DNA from: Bugula neritina
Taxonomy: Eukaryota > Animalia > Bryozoa
Length of the DNA: 64,000 nucleotides
Reading direction: 5' to 3'
NCBI GenBank assembly: GCA_964035545.1
Contig: OZ037768.1
Coordinates: forward strand, 3,070,741 to 3,134,740
Notes under the pieces: model-generated
Told to the model about the DNA's origin: nothing
The model's input: only the letters and a program-made list of their open reading frames with translations
The model's database searches: none
Position numbers and translations under genes: made by a program
Shown: positions 1 through 12,892 of the stretch, in pieces
Position numbering within the stretch: the first letter of the stretch is position 1
How the letters are laid out: each line of letters opens with the position of its first letter

Positions 1-621
1 TTAATATAAAATGTGCTGTAATTTATTCCATTGTGTTTTTGCACTTGCCACAGAATAATATTATTTGTTTTGAAACTTCATTTTATGTTTTCATGTAACA
101 GTATATTATTATAGTTTGCATATTTGCATATTATTTTATTGTTGTTGAATAGTTTCATTATTGCATTCCGTCTTTCCAGTGCGGTGTAAAGATGTAAAGT
201 AGTGTGACAGTTTAGTGTATAAAACTACCGTTCATGTACGCTCAGTGTGAGAAGCAAGTACAATGACACACGAGTGAAGATTCAAAATAAACCTCAGTCC
301 AGCTCACTGTGAAATCTATAAAATCATTTTATTATAATGTTTTATCTGTAATCATGTGAATTACAAAGCCACTCAAGAAAACTTAAATTCCATCCATAGA
401 TATTGCCAAATTGAACATAGAGTTACCTACTCAACATTTGATAAGATAATTCTCAATCTGAAGTTTTTCTAATTTATAAATTTACTTGTTGAAAGATTAC
501 ATGAGAGCATATTTGGATAGTGACTCTATAATTGCGCGTATCACTTTAAAACACTTAAAAAACTCTAGTGTATTGATATTTAACAATAAGGAAGATTTTT
601 ATTCATCATCGCTGGTTACTG

Positions 622-1109
622 CAGGATTGTGATCAACTACATACGAATGTAATTAACTGCAATTACATTTACATGAAAATTTGTCAATTACTATTACAAT
701 TATAATTACAGTTAAAAATTAATGTAATCAATTACAATTAAAATTGCTTTTGTTCATACAAGAATAAATAGAGGTTATACAATCTTACTTCTGGGGTCCA
801 ACTACCAGGTGCAATTTTGAGAGTGAAGAACCTCTTTTGTTTTCAATAGTGATACTATACTACATTGACTTAATCTGAACTTGTTATTTAACAGTAGGAA
901 TGGTAGGAAAAGCATAAAATTTTTAAGATTTAAAAATTTGAAGTAAGCGACATGTAATTATAAAGTAATTGTAAAAATATATTACATTAGATATGTAATT
1001 AATTACAATTACATTCTTATACATAAATTACAAATTACATTCAATTACTTGAAAAAATGTAATTAATTACAACTAATTACAATTACAAATTACAATTACC
1101 CCAACCCTG
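622..1109. mobile_element. Non-autonomous hAT-like DNA transposon (MITE) with AATTAC-rich subterminal repeats
   Basis: The termini are degenerate inverted repeats: CAGGATTGTGATCAA at the left and TTACCCCAACCCTG at the right (revcomp CAGGGTTGGGGTAA). Many AATTAC/GTAATT copies lie near both ends. The right flank CTGGTTAG (1110-1117) matches the left flank CTGGTTA[CT]G, an 8-bp TSD with a 2-nt insertion. Confidence 0.6.
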
Positions 1110-2042
1110 CTGGTTAGCAATCAATAAGTTTAAATGCTGCTAAAAATGCTTTGGTAGAAAACTTCTCTATTTAATACATACTGTATATAGGACATTCTAG
1201 TAATATTTTTATTGATATTACTTTCTGTTTGCTGAAGTCATTCATATAATATTATGCGGCAATATTTGTAGCCTAAGGAGTTATCTGTTCATGGAGCCAA
1301 TGACTGCCATTTGATAGATACCAAACTAATATTTTGCTAGAAACGAAAGCAAAGTAAAGCTGTTTATCGTTGCACATGATGTATAGAAAGAGCCAACTAC
1401 TTTGTGTCAGTATGCCTAAGGGGAGGTAATTCCAAACATCATCAAAGCATATTCAGTGTTTACACATATATATTTATCGGTAAATATATTTATACAAGCT
1501 TGGTTATAAGTAGGCTATGACTACAAAAAGCATTTTATTTCAAGTCTGGTGATAATTGAAAAAATTGAAAATTGAAAAACTTATTTTATTTCCCTTAAGA
1601 ATTATAAGAATATTTTGCTGAAACTATGACCTTTATTTGGTAGGCTACAGTACGTATAGATATGAATCTGCATAGTTAATAAAGACTCATAAGGAACAAT
1701 GCTTTGGTAATAAAGGTGCACTGAAGTAGAATGTGTGTAAACAGAAATGAGTGGAAAACTCCAACTAGACATTAGCCTACTTTGAGTTTAGTAATCAAAA
1801 TGTTTCTCGCAGTTTTGTCTACTCTTTGATATGTATACATCAGATAATATTAGTCACAGTGCAGTTTAGCTGAAGAGGCTTCAGTAGTTTTCTTTAAGAA
1901 GCTAATTTGCTGCCCTGAGTCTTGATATGCCTTCAGGATAGACTTATGAAAATTACTCTCTCCATGTATTTTACCCTCTTCATGTCAGATACATTGGAGA
2001 GTTACGTACTTAAGGATTAATTAGGTATAAACAGAAAATGTA

Positions 2043-2438
2043 GACTATATACATACTGACTATATACATACTGACTATATACATACTGACTATATACATA
2101 CTGACTATATACATACTGACTATATACATACTGACTATATACATACTGACTATATACATACTGATTATATACATACTGACTATATACATACTGACTATAT
2201 ACATACTGACTATATACATACTAACTATATACATACTGATTATATACATACTGACTATATACATACTGACTATATACATACTGACTATATACATACTAAC
2301 TATATACATACTAACTATATACATACTGACTATATACATACTGATTATATACATGCTGACTATATACATACTGACTATATACATACTGACTATATACATA
2401 CTGATTATATACATGCTGACTGTGTACATACTGACTGT
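2043..2438. repeat. 15-bp minisatellite (ACTGACTATATACAT)n, about 26 copies
   Basis: Direct tandem periodicity of 15; it produces the spurious IVSMY ORF on the minus strand. Confidence 0.97.
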
Positions 2439-2760
2439 GTAAGCATTCAGCATGCAAAAAAATAATCAATATTAATGTTAATTAACTTTTTCACACTTTT
2501 GAAGTTTTAATGTTTAAAAAAACATGCTCCTTAGTCCAAACCTCTCTGCGTGTTTCAATATGCAGGTAATGTTAAATACAAAATTATATATAGAAATTAT
2601 AAAAGGTGTGTCATTCACCATAATTCTGTGTCCAAAAAAATTATTTCATAATTGTTTTGCATGTCATAATCAGTCTTCTCTTGCTATAATAATATTATAA
2701 ACTCTATTGCACTGATAACATCAAAGCTCCTGTATAATGCGTTGTCTACTCCATGATCTC

Positions 2761-2773
2761 GTTGCCTGGCAAC
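2761..2773. promoter_or_regulatory. RFX X-box-like motif GTTGCCTGGCAAC upstream of the giant gene
   Basis: 13-bp near-palindrome matching the GTTNCC-N(0-3)-RGYAAC type consensus, about 650 bp upstream of the first ATG. Confidence 0.45.
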
Positions 2774-3415
2774 ACACCTAACCGTGGTGACCATTGGAGT
2801 TGCGGTTTCATGCCAAATGTTCAGCTTAAATAATTACACTTACTAGAAAAGTCTTCTTGCATTTCAAAAAGGTGATTTATTTTAATTAAATTTTAAGGTA
2901 TTATTTGACCAGCCTACATTTTCGGCATATAACAGTGTTACATACAATGCACACACAATTATACTCCAATGCCCACATTACTTTAGCAATTTATCAAATG
3001 TTAAACAACAGGACTGGCCTGCATGGGTATTGGAGCATCTTCAACAGCTGTTGTCATGTGATAATAACTTGTATCAGTAGCAATTTATGTAATGTGTTCA
3101 AAAGGGTTTTGTGTACAAGTATTTTTCATGAAATATCTATTCATTACATTCATAGTAAAGGAGGTAATCAGACATACACAAACCTTTCATTGATAGTCTA
3201 TTTATTAACAATGAAACAATGCAACTCGTCAATGGCTGAGTGTGACTATAGCACGTAAGTTGTAAAGGCTGCAATGTGACATTTACTGTGTGGATACCAA
3301 ATCTTATATACTATGCTAAATGACTTCAGACGGCAAAGACTTCTATGTTTGCTCAGTCTAGTAGAACTCGAAAGATTTTCAAAATCTGCAGTAAGATTCT
3401 GATGAGAAGAGTTGA

Positions 3416-6400
3416 ATGAAAAACATGGCAAACAGTCGAGAATTCTCAACCAGAAGAATGTTTGAAAGACTGACTAGCGAAGACTGTGATTTTTGGTACA
3501 CAGAGGAGCGGCCTAGACGACCCCTCCTCTATGACAGTAAAGGGGGTTCAGATCGCCGGGCTAGAAGACGAACAGACACGGACATTCGTTATTTAACTGA
3601 TATTCTGACAGCAGAAGAGCAAGTTTCTCACTCATCAGACGCTGCCAACAGTGAAACCAGAAACAATTTCTCTCTCTCAAGAGAAAAATATTCTGACTCT
3701 TCGCCTCAAACAAAAGTTAGTCGAAGAAAAAATACTTCCCAATTCTCTAGACAACGGCGACAAACCGTTTCGGTTGACGGAATTTATTTTGCCAAGCGAG
3801 TAATGAGTGTAGAGGATAATGGGGTTAGTAACTTGCAAGTGGCTGAGAGTGAATATATGTCTGATGGTGATGAGTTTTTTCTTGCAACTGATTTTGACAC
3901 TCCCTTGCCGAAGCTAATGTACACACAAAGTGTGGACTACTTGGATAGTCTAATAAGAAGGGAACAGCATTTGCATCTCGACTCAACTCGAAGGTAACTT
4001 CACTATAAGTACTTCCTAACTTGGTGGGCTTTTAGTGGTGCCTGTGTGAAGTAGTAATTGAGATTGTCTGAGGTTGCAAATTGAAAGGCTAATATTTGAA
4101 ATGAAACCTCAATTTTGTATCTTATTATTTAGATTTTAGTACATAAGTGAAACATGCATTTGTTATTCTCTGCTGCATACAACCTCACTACATAATTAGC
4201 CAGCTAAATGGGTGCTTCAGTGTCACAGGAATAAACATCGTCAAGCAACAGCGTTGTACACAAAATTTACATGTAACACGGCATAGAATCTCATGCACAC
4301 TCTATGCAAAGGCTTTGCAGGTTTATAGGATTAATTACTACAGCTTCAACTTCTTGTGTAACACATAGATTTGATTTGTGGGCCTAATTATTCGCTACGA
4401 CTTCTAAAACTTCTAGCTGCAAACCAAATGTGTAAAGCCCGTTAGACTTTATACTTCTAGAAATTTCTATCTACGATATACCTTCTCTTACTTTACATCA
4501 TGGGAACAAAAGCTTATGCTATATTAGTATATAATACTTGTTACCAATAGCATTGGTAAATTAGCCATTTGACAGCAATGTATCTTTTTCAATTGTCTTA
4601 AAATGTTTTGATATATCAATGTTTATATTGAGCTTTTGCTATTATATCTACCAGTTCTATTATAATACTAATGTTACGTACAACTTATATCTAGTACATA
4701 AATGATTGCCAGGACATTACATGGCATAGTATTTTATTAAATTAGTTCTTCCAGAGCCATTTAATCAGGCATTAGACATTATGCTGGTATTTTAGATATA
4801 ATGTGAGTTTTTTCTCTTATAATACTATCCAGCCACACAAGTTGGATTACAGCTTATTATATGTACTCATTACAAAGGCTTCTTTATGCTCCTAACTATT
4901 TCCCAATTTTGCTGTCCATGCAAAGATGACATACTGGATATTTTTATTGGGATAACTACCTCCTCTACACTGTATATATTTATTCAGTATTTTGAGTTTT
5001 TCTCGTACTTGATGGGTTTAAAAGCCAGGTTTTCAACAAAGTTTGGGTTTTATCAAATAGTGCAACACCAAAATTTGTTCTAATTTCGAATTAAAAACTT
5101 AAATTTCATCATAAAATCAAAGCCACTTATTAACAACCTATAAACTCATGCAAGTTTATAGTCACTATCCCTATGAGAACCCCTGATAGAAAGGATTTTT
5201 TAAAGCAGGCTAAGGACTTATTCATTTGTGGCACTGGAGCAATTGTGACTGGATGCTCTTCCTACCATCAGCTTAATGGCCTTTGCTGGGGTTCGAACCC
5301 ATGACTTTGTTTACTAAGCCAGCGCTCTAACCCCTAGACCACGGCTGCTCCCTTACAACCTATGCTGAGTTAAATTAGCTTTTGGCCACGCACTTGATTA
5401 TAATAATCATTTAGCCACTATGTGCCTGCTGTAAACTCTAGTATACAAAGTAATGGGTCACTGAAATCATTTTATAATATTTGAGTCATGCTTCTAAAAG
5501 TAATAGTAATCTGTAGATGTCTGTCAGAGTACGATATTCAGGACATGGCAGTTGACGCTGAAGATTATGCTTCGACTTTGTTGGAGAAAGATGTCAGCCA
5601 GATCGCTACTTCCTCTTCTCTAATTGACCTATCAGCTGAAAACTTGTCCTCATTCTATTTCGATGACGACGTTGAATCGCTCCCCTCTGAGTCACCAGAG
5701 GGTGAGTCATGGGATGGAGATATGTGCCCTTCACCTCTTGACCTTTTATACAACGACCTTGACCAGTGGACACCATCACATGACCCTGATGTCATACACA
5801 GGTAGACCTCAGCTCTAAGGAACTAATTGTGCAATAGAAAAGTCAATTGTTTTAAAAATAAATTTTGGTTTTAGTTAGCGTCTGCTGATTCCTAAAATGT
5901 AATCTGTCTGTAAAATAAAGCAGCCGCTCTGAGCCTAAACATCAAACCACAAATTGGGAGCTTTAACCAAGTAGCATTCCTATGTAATAGGAGCCAATCT
6001 ATATAGATCAGTTGATTTTTCGGAGGGCAAACAATTAATCATTATAATGCATACTACAAAGTCAGTGGAGATGAAATGTACAAAATTAAATTATATAAAC
6101 TAGTAAATGACTTACTAATTTGAAGAATGCTTTTGTTAAAAGCCAGCCATGTGTAGTTTTTTAGAAACAAGCAATTGTGTTTGACTCAATGTGTGACTAC
6201 TTAGCCATTATGTCTCTGCAGCAAAGTAGATCATGTGACAACGTGCAATGTGTATTCACCGCCAAACTACCCATAAATCTCTATTTCGTATACCTTAATT
6301 ATCAACATATACCTTAATTATGAACATACACCTTAATTATCAACATACACTTTAATTATCAACACTTGTTCTTTTGCTAAGTTTCTAAAACTTCTTTTCA

Positions 6401-8303
6401 TAACTAAATCATGTTTTTACGCAATAATTTAAAATTCTAAACTGATACTGCATCTATGTGCTCATTTTTGGTGGCAGTGCTAGGGAAGCCCGGGAATTCA
6501 CGCATCAAGCAGTTTTCCCTTCCAACTCTTACAGAAGCAAGTCGGAGCCATTTCTCTTAGACAAGAGGAAGTCGCTGTCGCAGTCAATGCTCGCTGACTC
6601 TCTTGATATGGATGACATTGAGTGCCACCAGTCATTCAGACAGAAAATAAGAGCAGCTCTTGGGTTAGAGCAAGTTGATCATTCAAAAAAAGTATGGGAA
6701 GGCAACTCCAGCTCTAACTCTGCAGGTGATAAGTTATTCTAAGTGAAATCTGCGGCTAGGTTTATTTGCTGTGTATTTCACTTACTATACTAATCTTTCT
6801 AATGATACATTGCATAAGATATATTGGACACACATTTCAGATTATCTTGAATAGCTGGTGCAAAAATTGTAACTTTCAGCTAGTGTGAAATATAAGAAAA
6901 TCAGTTTTCATAAAATTTAGTACCAGTTTAAAGTTTATACCTGTACATGTAGTACTATATATATTGTTTCCTATTTAATACAATTTACAAAAATTCAGCA
7001 TCCATACTAAATATCAATAGTGAGAATTTGATTAAAAAAATTGCTTATATGTTGCTTGTTTTTCAGACTATCTGTAAGTGTAAATAATTAACTACTAAAC
7101 CGCATCAAGTACCACAAGTTTGTTACACTGTCGCAAAAACCGTTGTTTCCTCTGCTAATTCCGCAGAAAGTGAAAAAAACCTCTTACTGCATCATTTTGG
7201 ACTGCAAGTGCAACTTTTATCATTCTGTCATAGGCTTTGTTACATTGATATATTATATTGTAACCATAATTAAATAAAAATTCTTTTGACAATAATATAT
7301 TGCTCCATCTCTTTATATTATAAAATAAAAGTTCTAACTCTAAAAATTTTAAAAACTAAATATATTTGCTCTTTATTCAGTTACATGATATAGTTCAGAG
7401 TTATCATCCCACTAACTCTACATGATGGTTAGGAGGAGACAACTTCTAATAATGCAAGATTATTTTTCAGATACAAGTCTGAGTTTTTGCGCTCCACACA
7501 GAAAGACTAACGAGCCTCTACACAGCAGATTGAGGCGAGTTCTTTCATCAGTCAGTATAGAAGAGGATCCACCTTGTGACATCAGATCACTTCCTGTTGC
7601 AGCTGGACATAAGAAAGACAGAGAGAGAACCAAATCTGTGCCGGCTAAAGTAGATGAATTTGTAAACTCGTACAAAGAGCTTTACTATGAGAGGTCAAAA
7701 AGTGCTGAATTGTTGAATCATCACCAGTCTCAGTCGGCCTTCAAAATATATCATGATGACCTTGACTCAGTAGCAGAGTCTGAGGCTATGCAGTTTAGTG
7801 GGGAGGAGAGATTCATTGATTCACCCCTAGTCGTTGACTATCAGTTGGGGCTACGAACTAGTCCCCCCACATCTTCACAATCCTACACATCAGCTGTTAG
7901 TCCTATAGCCATGTCTGCACATACTGCTGCCAATAGCCAAGCTCTACATCAATCCAATCATTGTGATGGAAAAGCCGAGTCTATTTTTCCGGAAACTCTT
8001 GGTGTTAGTGAGCCGTTGACACCAGTTCAAATTGATAAAACCTTAGGTTTTTGGAATGACGATATTATAGAAAGGCACAAAGAAGCCGTGGCTACTTGTA
8101 AGACTGATAGACTGAGAACTGAGAGCTGTGATGAAGAAGTGAGAAAGGCATTGTTTCATCCCAGCGCATACAATGTAGTCCGAGCTGAGCCAGTGGTACT
8201 GAGCACACCAGTGCAAGACAGGAGTAGTGTAGTCCACGCAACTCCCGTGATGATAGGAACTCCCACAATGCAATTGACCCCTGCTAGCGCCACTGGAAGC
8301 ACT
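3416..8303 (+). CDS. Probable 5' coding exons of the giant disordered protein (Ser/Arg/acidic-rich, no recognisable domain)
   Basis: Exons 3416-3993, 5517-5801, 6478-6725 and 7471-8303 have GT-AG ends with matching phases (2,2,1,0) and give 648 open codons. The phase-0 donor at 8303/8304 (ACT|GTAAGT) joins in frame to the acceptor at 16176. The ATG at 3416 follows an in-frame TGA; the ATG at 3425 has a better context (AAACATGG). Confidence 0.7.
5142..5352 (-). mobile_element. tRNA-derived SINE with TSD
   Basis: The minus strand reads GGGAGCAGCCGTGGTCTAGGGGTTAGAGCG...GGGTTCGAACCCCAGC, containing Pol III A and B boxes, followed by a non-tRNA body (GATGGTAGGAAGAGCATCCAG). It is flanked by T(A/T)ACAACCTAT at 5131-5141 and 5353-5363. 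A related copy lies at about 46860. Confidence 0.75.
6290..6363. repeat. 19-bp tandem repeat (ATACCTTAATTATCAACAT)x4
   Basis: Four near-identical adjacent copies. Confidence 0.85.
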
Positions 8304-8917
8304 GTAAGTCCTAAATTCTTTAGCAGCCTGAGTTCTTTAATTTTGTTAATAAATTTTGATTTGGAGCTCGAATTGAACTTCTCACGAGAAAATAACTTCT
8401 TTTGCTACATTTCTAATCTAGAACAAGGGTATTTCTCAGTTTTTCCAATACTGCACCTACCACATAGAAATACTACATATTTAACTCTTAGCTAACACCA
8501 GCACTGCACAAATATGGAATCCTCCTCCTAAACATGGAGCAATGTTTGTGGTTGTCTTCACCTCTAGAAGTGTCACACAGTCATAATATTATAGTACTAC
8601 TATATGCAATCACTATGCCCGTCTTATCTCCAATGTCAGAGAAACTACTAGAATACAATTAGGATAATACTGTGGATGTAGTAGCTGTAAGTGGCCTTCA
8701 TCTGTAATATTGTTTAAAGATTATTTCTTTATAATAGAACTTAATTCAACAAATTCCTGTCATGAAGGTACTAAGGTATCAGATATACCTATAGAGTAGT
8801 CACAATCTCATTCAATAGAAAGTGATTATACTTTAAGAAAGGCTATACGTTATAACATCATATATATCATATTGTAGTCTGCACTGCTTATTGGTCTCTT
8901 GGTAGTGTTGATCAAAA

Positions 8918-9225
8918 TGTTGACACATATACATTGACACTTATACACTACCATGCTGACACTTATACACTACCATGCTGACACTTATAAACTACCATGT
9001 TGATACTTATAAATTACCATGTTCACTGTTATACACTACCATGTTGACACATACACACCACCATGTTGACTGTTAGACACTACCATGCTGACACCTAAAC
9101 ACTACAATGCTGACACTTATACATTACCATATTGCCACTCATACACCATACACTGACATTTATACATTGTATGCTGACACATATGCACTGGCATTTATAA
9201 ACTATATGCTGACACATATGCACTG
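8918..9225. repeat. Degenerate 22-bp minisatellite (ACTTATACACTACCATGCTGAC-like)
   Basis: Recurrent CTACCATG(C/T)TGACAC cores at about 22-bp spacing. Confidence 0.85.
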
Positions 9226-10375
9226 TATTGCATAGTATAGTTGTAATGACTGGTTAACCTGTAAGAACAATAATATAATACTAGAGATAAAATATCTAAT
9301 TATAAATGTAGGTAGATTATTGTTTTTAATTGACCTGCAATTAAATGTGGCATAAGCTAGTCTACCAGATGTTAAATTGTCTGCTGCAGAGAGAATTGTG
9401 TTGATTGAGCTATAGTTAACATGTCGTAGTATTCAGATTAGATTTTGAGTCCTATTAGCTGCTCCTACCAACTAGCATAATTCTAGAACCATCTTAAGAG
9501 CTCTGGCTATTCTAACTTCAATTTTTTCTATAAATAGTTTTACCTGTATACAGGTATAATAATTAAAACATAATATGCTATCATGCTTCAGAATCAAATA
9601 AATTGTGTTCAAGGTTTTGAATGCAATAAAACTATTACATGCTGTAGTATAACAGTGGTACATGTTTGATATATCGTGTTGATAAAGCATATATGATATT
9701 TTTGTTTATATTGTTGGGTGTAAACATGAGCGATCAGTGAACCTTAGCTACTATTAATAAACAGTTGACACTTCATATCTACTATTCACTGAGTCTTACT
9801 AGAATCTATATATTCCATATGACTGTCAGACTAAACATCAACTATAGCTGTTCATATTGCAACAGCTTTATGCATTTCTCCTGCCAATCTTTACTAAGAC
9901 TAAAAGCTAAAGGAAATAGAAATATGAAACTTGTTGATGTTGAATCAAATAGATGAATATAGGCAGTAATTGTTTAGATAAAGAAATGTATTGCAATTGA
10001 CCTGCAATCTTTCAGAATCTGTGATCATGCGTAAAAGTGACCCAACAATTCTTAGCATAAGTTACACAGACTTCATATCATCAACATATTTCAAACATAA
10101 AACAAAAGGACTATTCATGGTGTTTTTGCTTTAATTACAATCCAGTTACATATAGTACATCAGTGAAGGTCACATATGTGTCAAAATTAATAAAAACAAA
10201 AACATGCATTTAGTAATCAGTGTTTACATTTGAATCCAAATATCAGCCTTATCTATAAAAGAATTAGGATAGTGTCAATCCAAATCATTTAAAGCTAATC
10301 TCATGAACTAGCAACTTGCAGTGCAGTTATATCAGAACTTCACAATTATACAGCTTAATTTATTTAAAATAATAA

Positions 10376-11169
10376 ATGGGAGCCGTACACTCTATTACTG
10401 AAATGTCGGAGTTTCTTTCTCCTGATGTCGCAGCAGACGACATTAGTCTGTATCTATCGACGACTGTAGAAAACGGTTCTGCAGTAGTCCATCGAGATTC
10501 AGTCAAAGTTCCAAAGACTAACCAAAAGGCAACGTCTTATTCCGTGCAACTATCTGATATGGAAATAATTTGTGATGGAAAGCAATGCAGGTAAACTATT
10601 AGTTTCACTTGGTTATTTGGCATACACAAATAAATGAATGCAAAGTATACATTTATTTCAAAATAGAGTCATGCTGTATTCAATATTGTTATGTGATCAT
10701 ATTGCTTAAACTAATAACATTTATTTAACACTAGTAGTAATCTTGATTAGCAAAATATCAATTATGGTCAGTTTTTAGCCTTCAATACAGTAAAACATGG
10801 TAAATCTTCAACTATTGCTGAATATTTTATAGGCTTGTTCCCTCTGATAAAAGCATATCTATAAATACTAAGAAATCTACACCCAGAAGGAAACGAAAAG
10901 CACCTCTGCCACCAATTTATGAAAACAAAGCTTGTGAATTCTTCAATGAAGATGTCCAAAATTCCCCTCACTCTTCTTCCACCCCAACTAATGACCTCCA
11001 ATGCAGGCTTCAAGCAAGTGAATCCAATAGACATGAAGCCACGACTTCTAAAAAGCTATCAGTTAAGGGCATGGACTATGTCCTTCAAAACTATGATGTC
11101 TACGGAGACTGCAGGAGCTTATCTTGTGTTTCGGAGATAGAGTACATGCTACAGCCGCCAATAATTTAA
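10376..11169 (+). CDS. Candidate nested two-exon ORF (183 aa) in the large intron of the giant gene
   Basis: join(10376..10590,10833..11169) uses AG|GTAAAC and TTTTATAG| in phase 2 and stays open to TAA. It starts MGAVHS after in-frame stops and contains RRKRKAPLPP. The second exon's frame is absent from the ORF track. Confidence 0.5.
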
Positions 11170-12825
11170 CTCTTTGATGTATTGAATTACTCTTGCATAT
11201 ACTCATAGTATTAATTTATACTTTAATATATTTTTATTGATATGTTGATACGAAAAACACAATCTGGTCTGTTTTACTCTTTTTTGTCTCAATAAGCATT
11301 AATTTTATTTTTTATACTCCAAATACAAGTCTGATACTGGTATGTGCTTTTACAGACATAAAGTTTTAAGTAAATTATTAAAGTTTTTGTGTTTCAACTA
11401 TATATTGTAAAGATGACTAGCTGCTTTCATTTTATTGGCATATTGCTCTGTACTGTTATCACATATTTGCAAACACATCATATACAGCTGATAACTCTGC
11501 CATCACGCAGACATGGTGTGCAACAGCTGATGTCAAAGTTGGTGACAATATTGATAATAGAGCTTTCGTTGCCAAAACAAAAGTTTCAGATAGAAACTAT
11601 TACAATAATGATAATTGTCCAATGTGCAGCATAAGCTAGATGCAAAAAACATTGCAACAAATTCCACTACCACTATTTGCCATTATTGCGACAGTTAGAG
11701 CGCCTATTCCGTAAATTTACTAAATTTTGCAATTGTATAACTCTCTTTTACAGATTTTCTTTTTGGTGTGTTGAAAGCAGACTTTTGCAGACAAGTATTT
11801 TAACATTTCCATGTACTGGCCTCTGACATTGTGTAAACCTGTAACTTGCAGTCACGTTATGAGATTGCGAAATATATATACATTTGTGCATATTTATTAC
11901 ATGTATGGCTAACTGCCAGGGCGGTGTTGTGCAAGTGTTAAACTTATAGATCGGATAGAATGAGCTTTAAGTTTTAAATAAACAGTTTAGTGAATGTTAA
12001 TTAATCGCATTGAATATTCATAATCAGACATTGAATTAAGTTTCAAGTTTTGAATATCTTTTTACACCTAATGTATTATAACAATGGAATGCATAGCTGA
12101 ACTGCGTCACACAGCCAATAGGTATGTCTGTAAGCACAATGTAGGCACATAATCTCGAATAGATAAGCTAAAGCCACCTATTTAGCGTTTGTTTATCGTT
12201 TAGTTAACAGCGCATTGCTGCGAACGAGTTAACGCGATGCATGAATTCGTAGTGTAACCCAAGGACAGTATAGCTGTAACAAAACTGCAGACGGCTGCTT
12301 CACGTGATAGCTGTCATCGCGTTCTGCATTAGTACACTTTCATGCATCACAGCACGTATTGGATAAACAAGGTGCACGTAATGTAAATTGTTTAAAGTTG
12401 TTAGTGATCAACTGGTACTCTTCATGAAGATGTAACAATTTGTAAGTTATTTTGAATTTATTTACATGACTAGATGACTGAATTTACTAATAATCATGAC
12501 CAGAGAGTAGAATACTACCTAATAAACAGATATATACCTCGCTACAGAAAGTAAACTCACAGTTTAGAATGTATTTCCTACACTTTGTTCTGTGCACGAT
12601 TGCTCCGGTGGTAAAAATTTGAGTCGTCAGCTTGTGTTTTTAAACTAATGGTATTTTTTGCAACTTCAGTTTTTTTGTGAAGGATATTTATGGGTAGTTA
12701 GACTAGCTGTGACTTTACTGACAAAATTTCAGTCAAAACAGAAAGGTTTTTGCATATAAACTATGTATGTGTATAGCTTACAGGAGGCTGAAAGTTTTGA
12801 AGGTATACTTATAGTTACTCCATTA

Positions 12826-12892
12826 GCATATAGCATAGCCTAGCATAGTGTGGCATAGCATAGCATAGCATAATATAGCATAGCATAGCATA
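12826..12892. repeat. (TAGCA)n pentanucleotide microsatellite
   Basis: Imperfect run of TAGCA units. Confidence 0.85.

Noticed and set aside
2010-2453. 147-aa (IVSMY)n ORF
   Set aside because: It is the translation of a 15-bp minisatellite, with no splice or coding context.
5280-5352. Functional tRNA gene
   Set aside because: It has A/B boxes but no convincing acceptor stem, continues into a non-tRNA body and is flanked by a TSD, so it is a SINE.
7381-7470. Acceptor at 7380 and ATG 7422 as the start of the 357-aa ORF
   Set aside because: The 7381 acceptor gives stops in all phases. The acceptor at 7470 keeps frame, and the ORF tail after 8303 is intron read-through.
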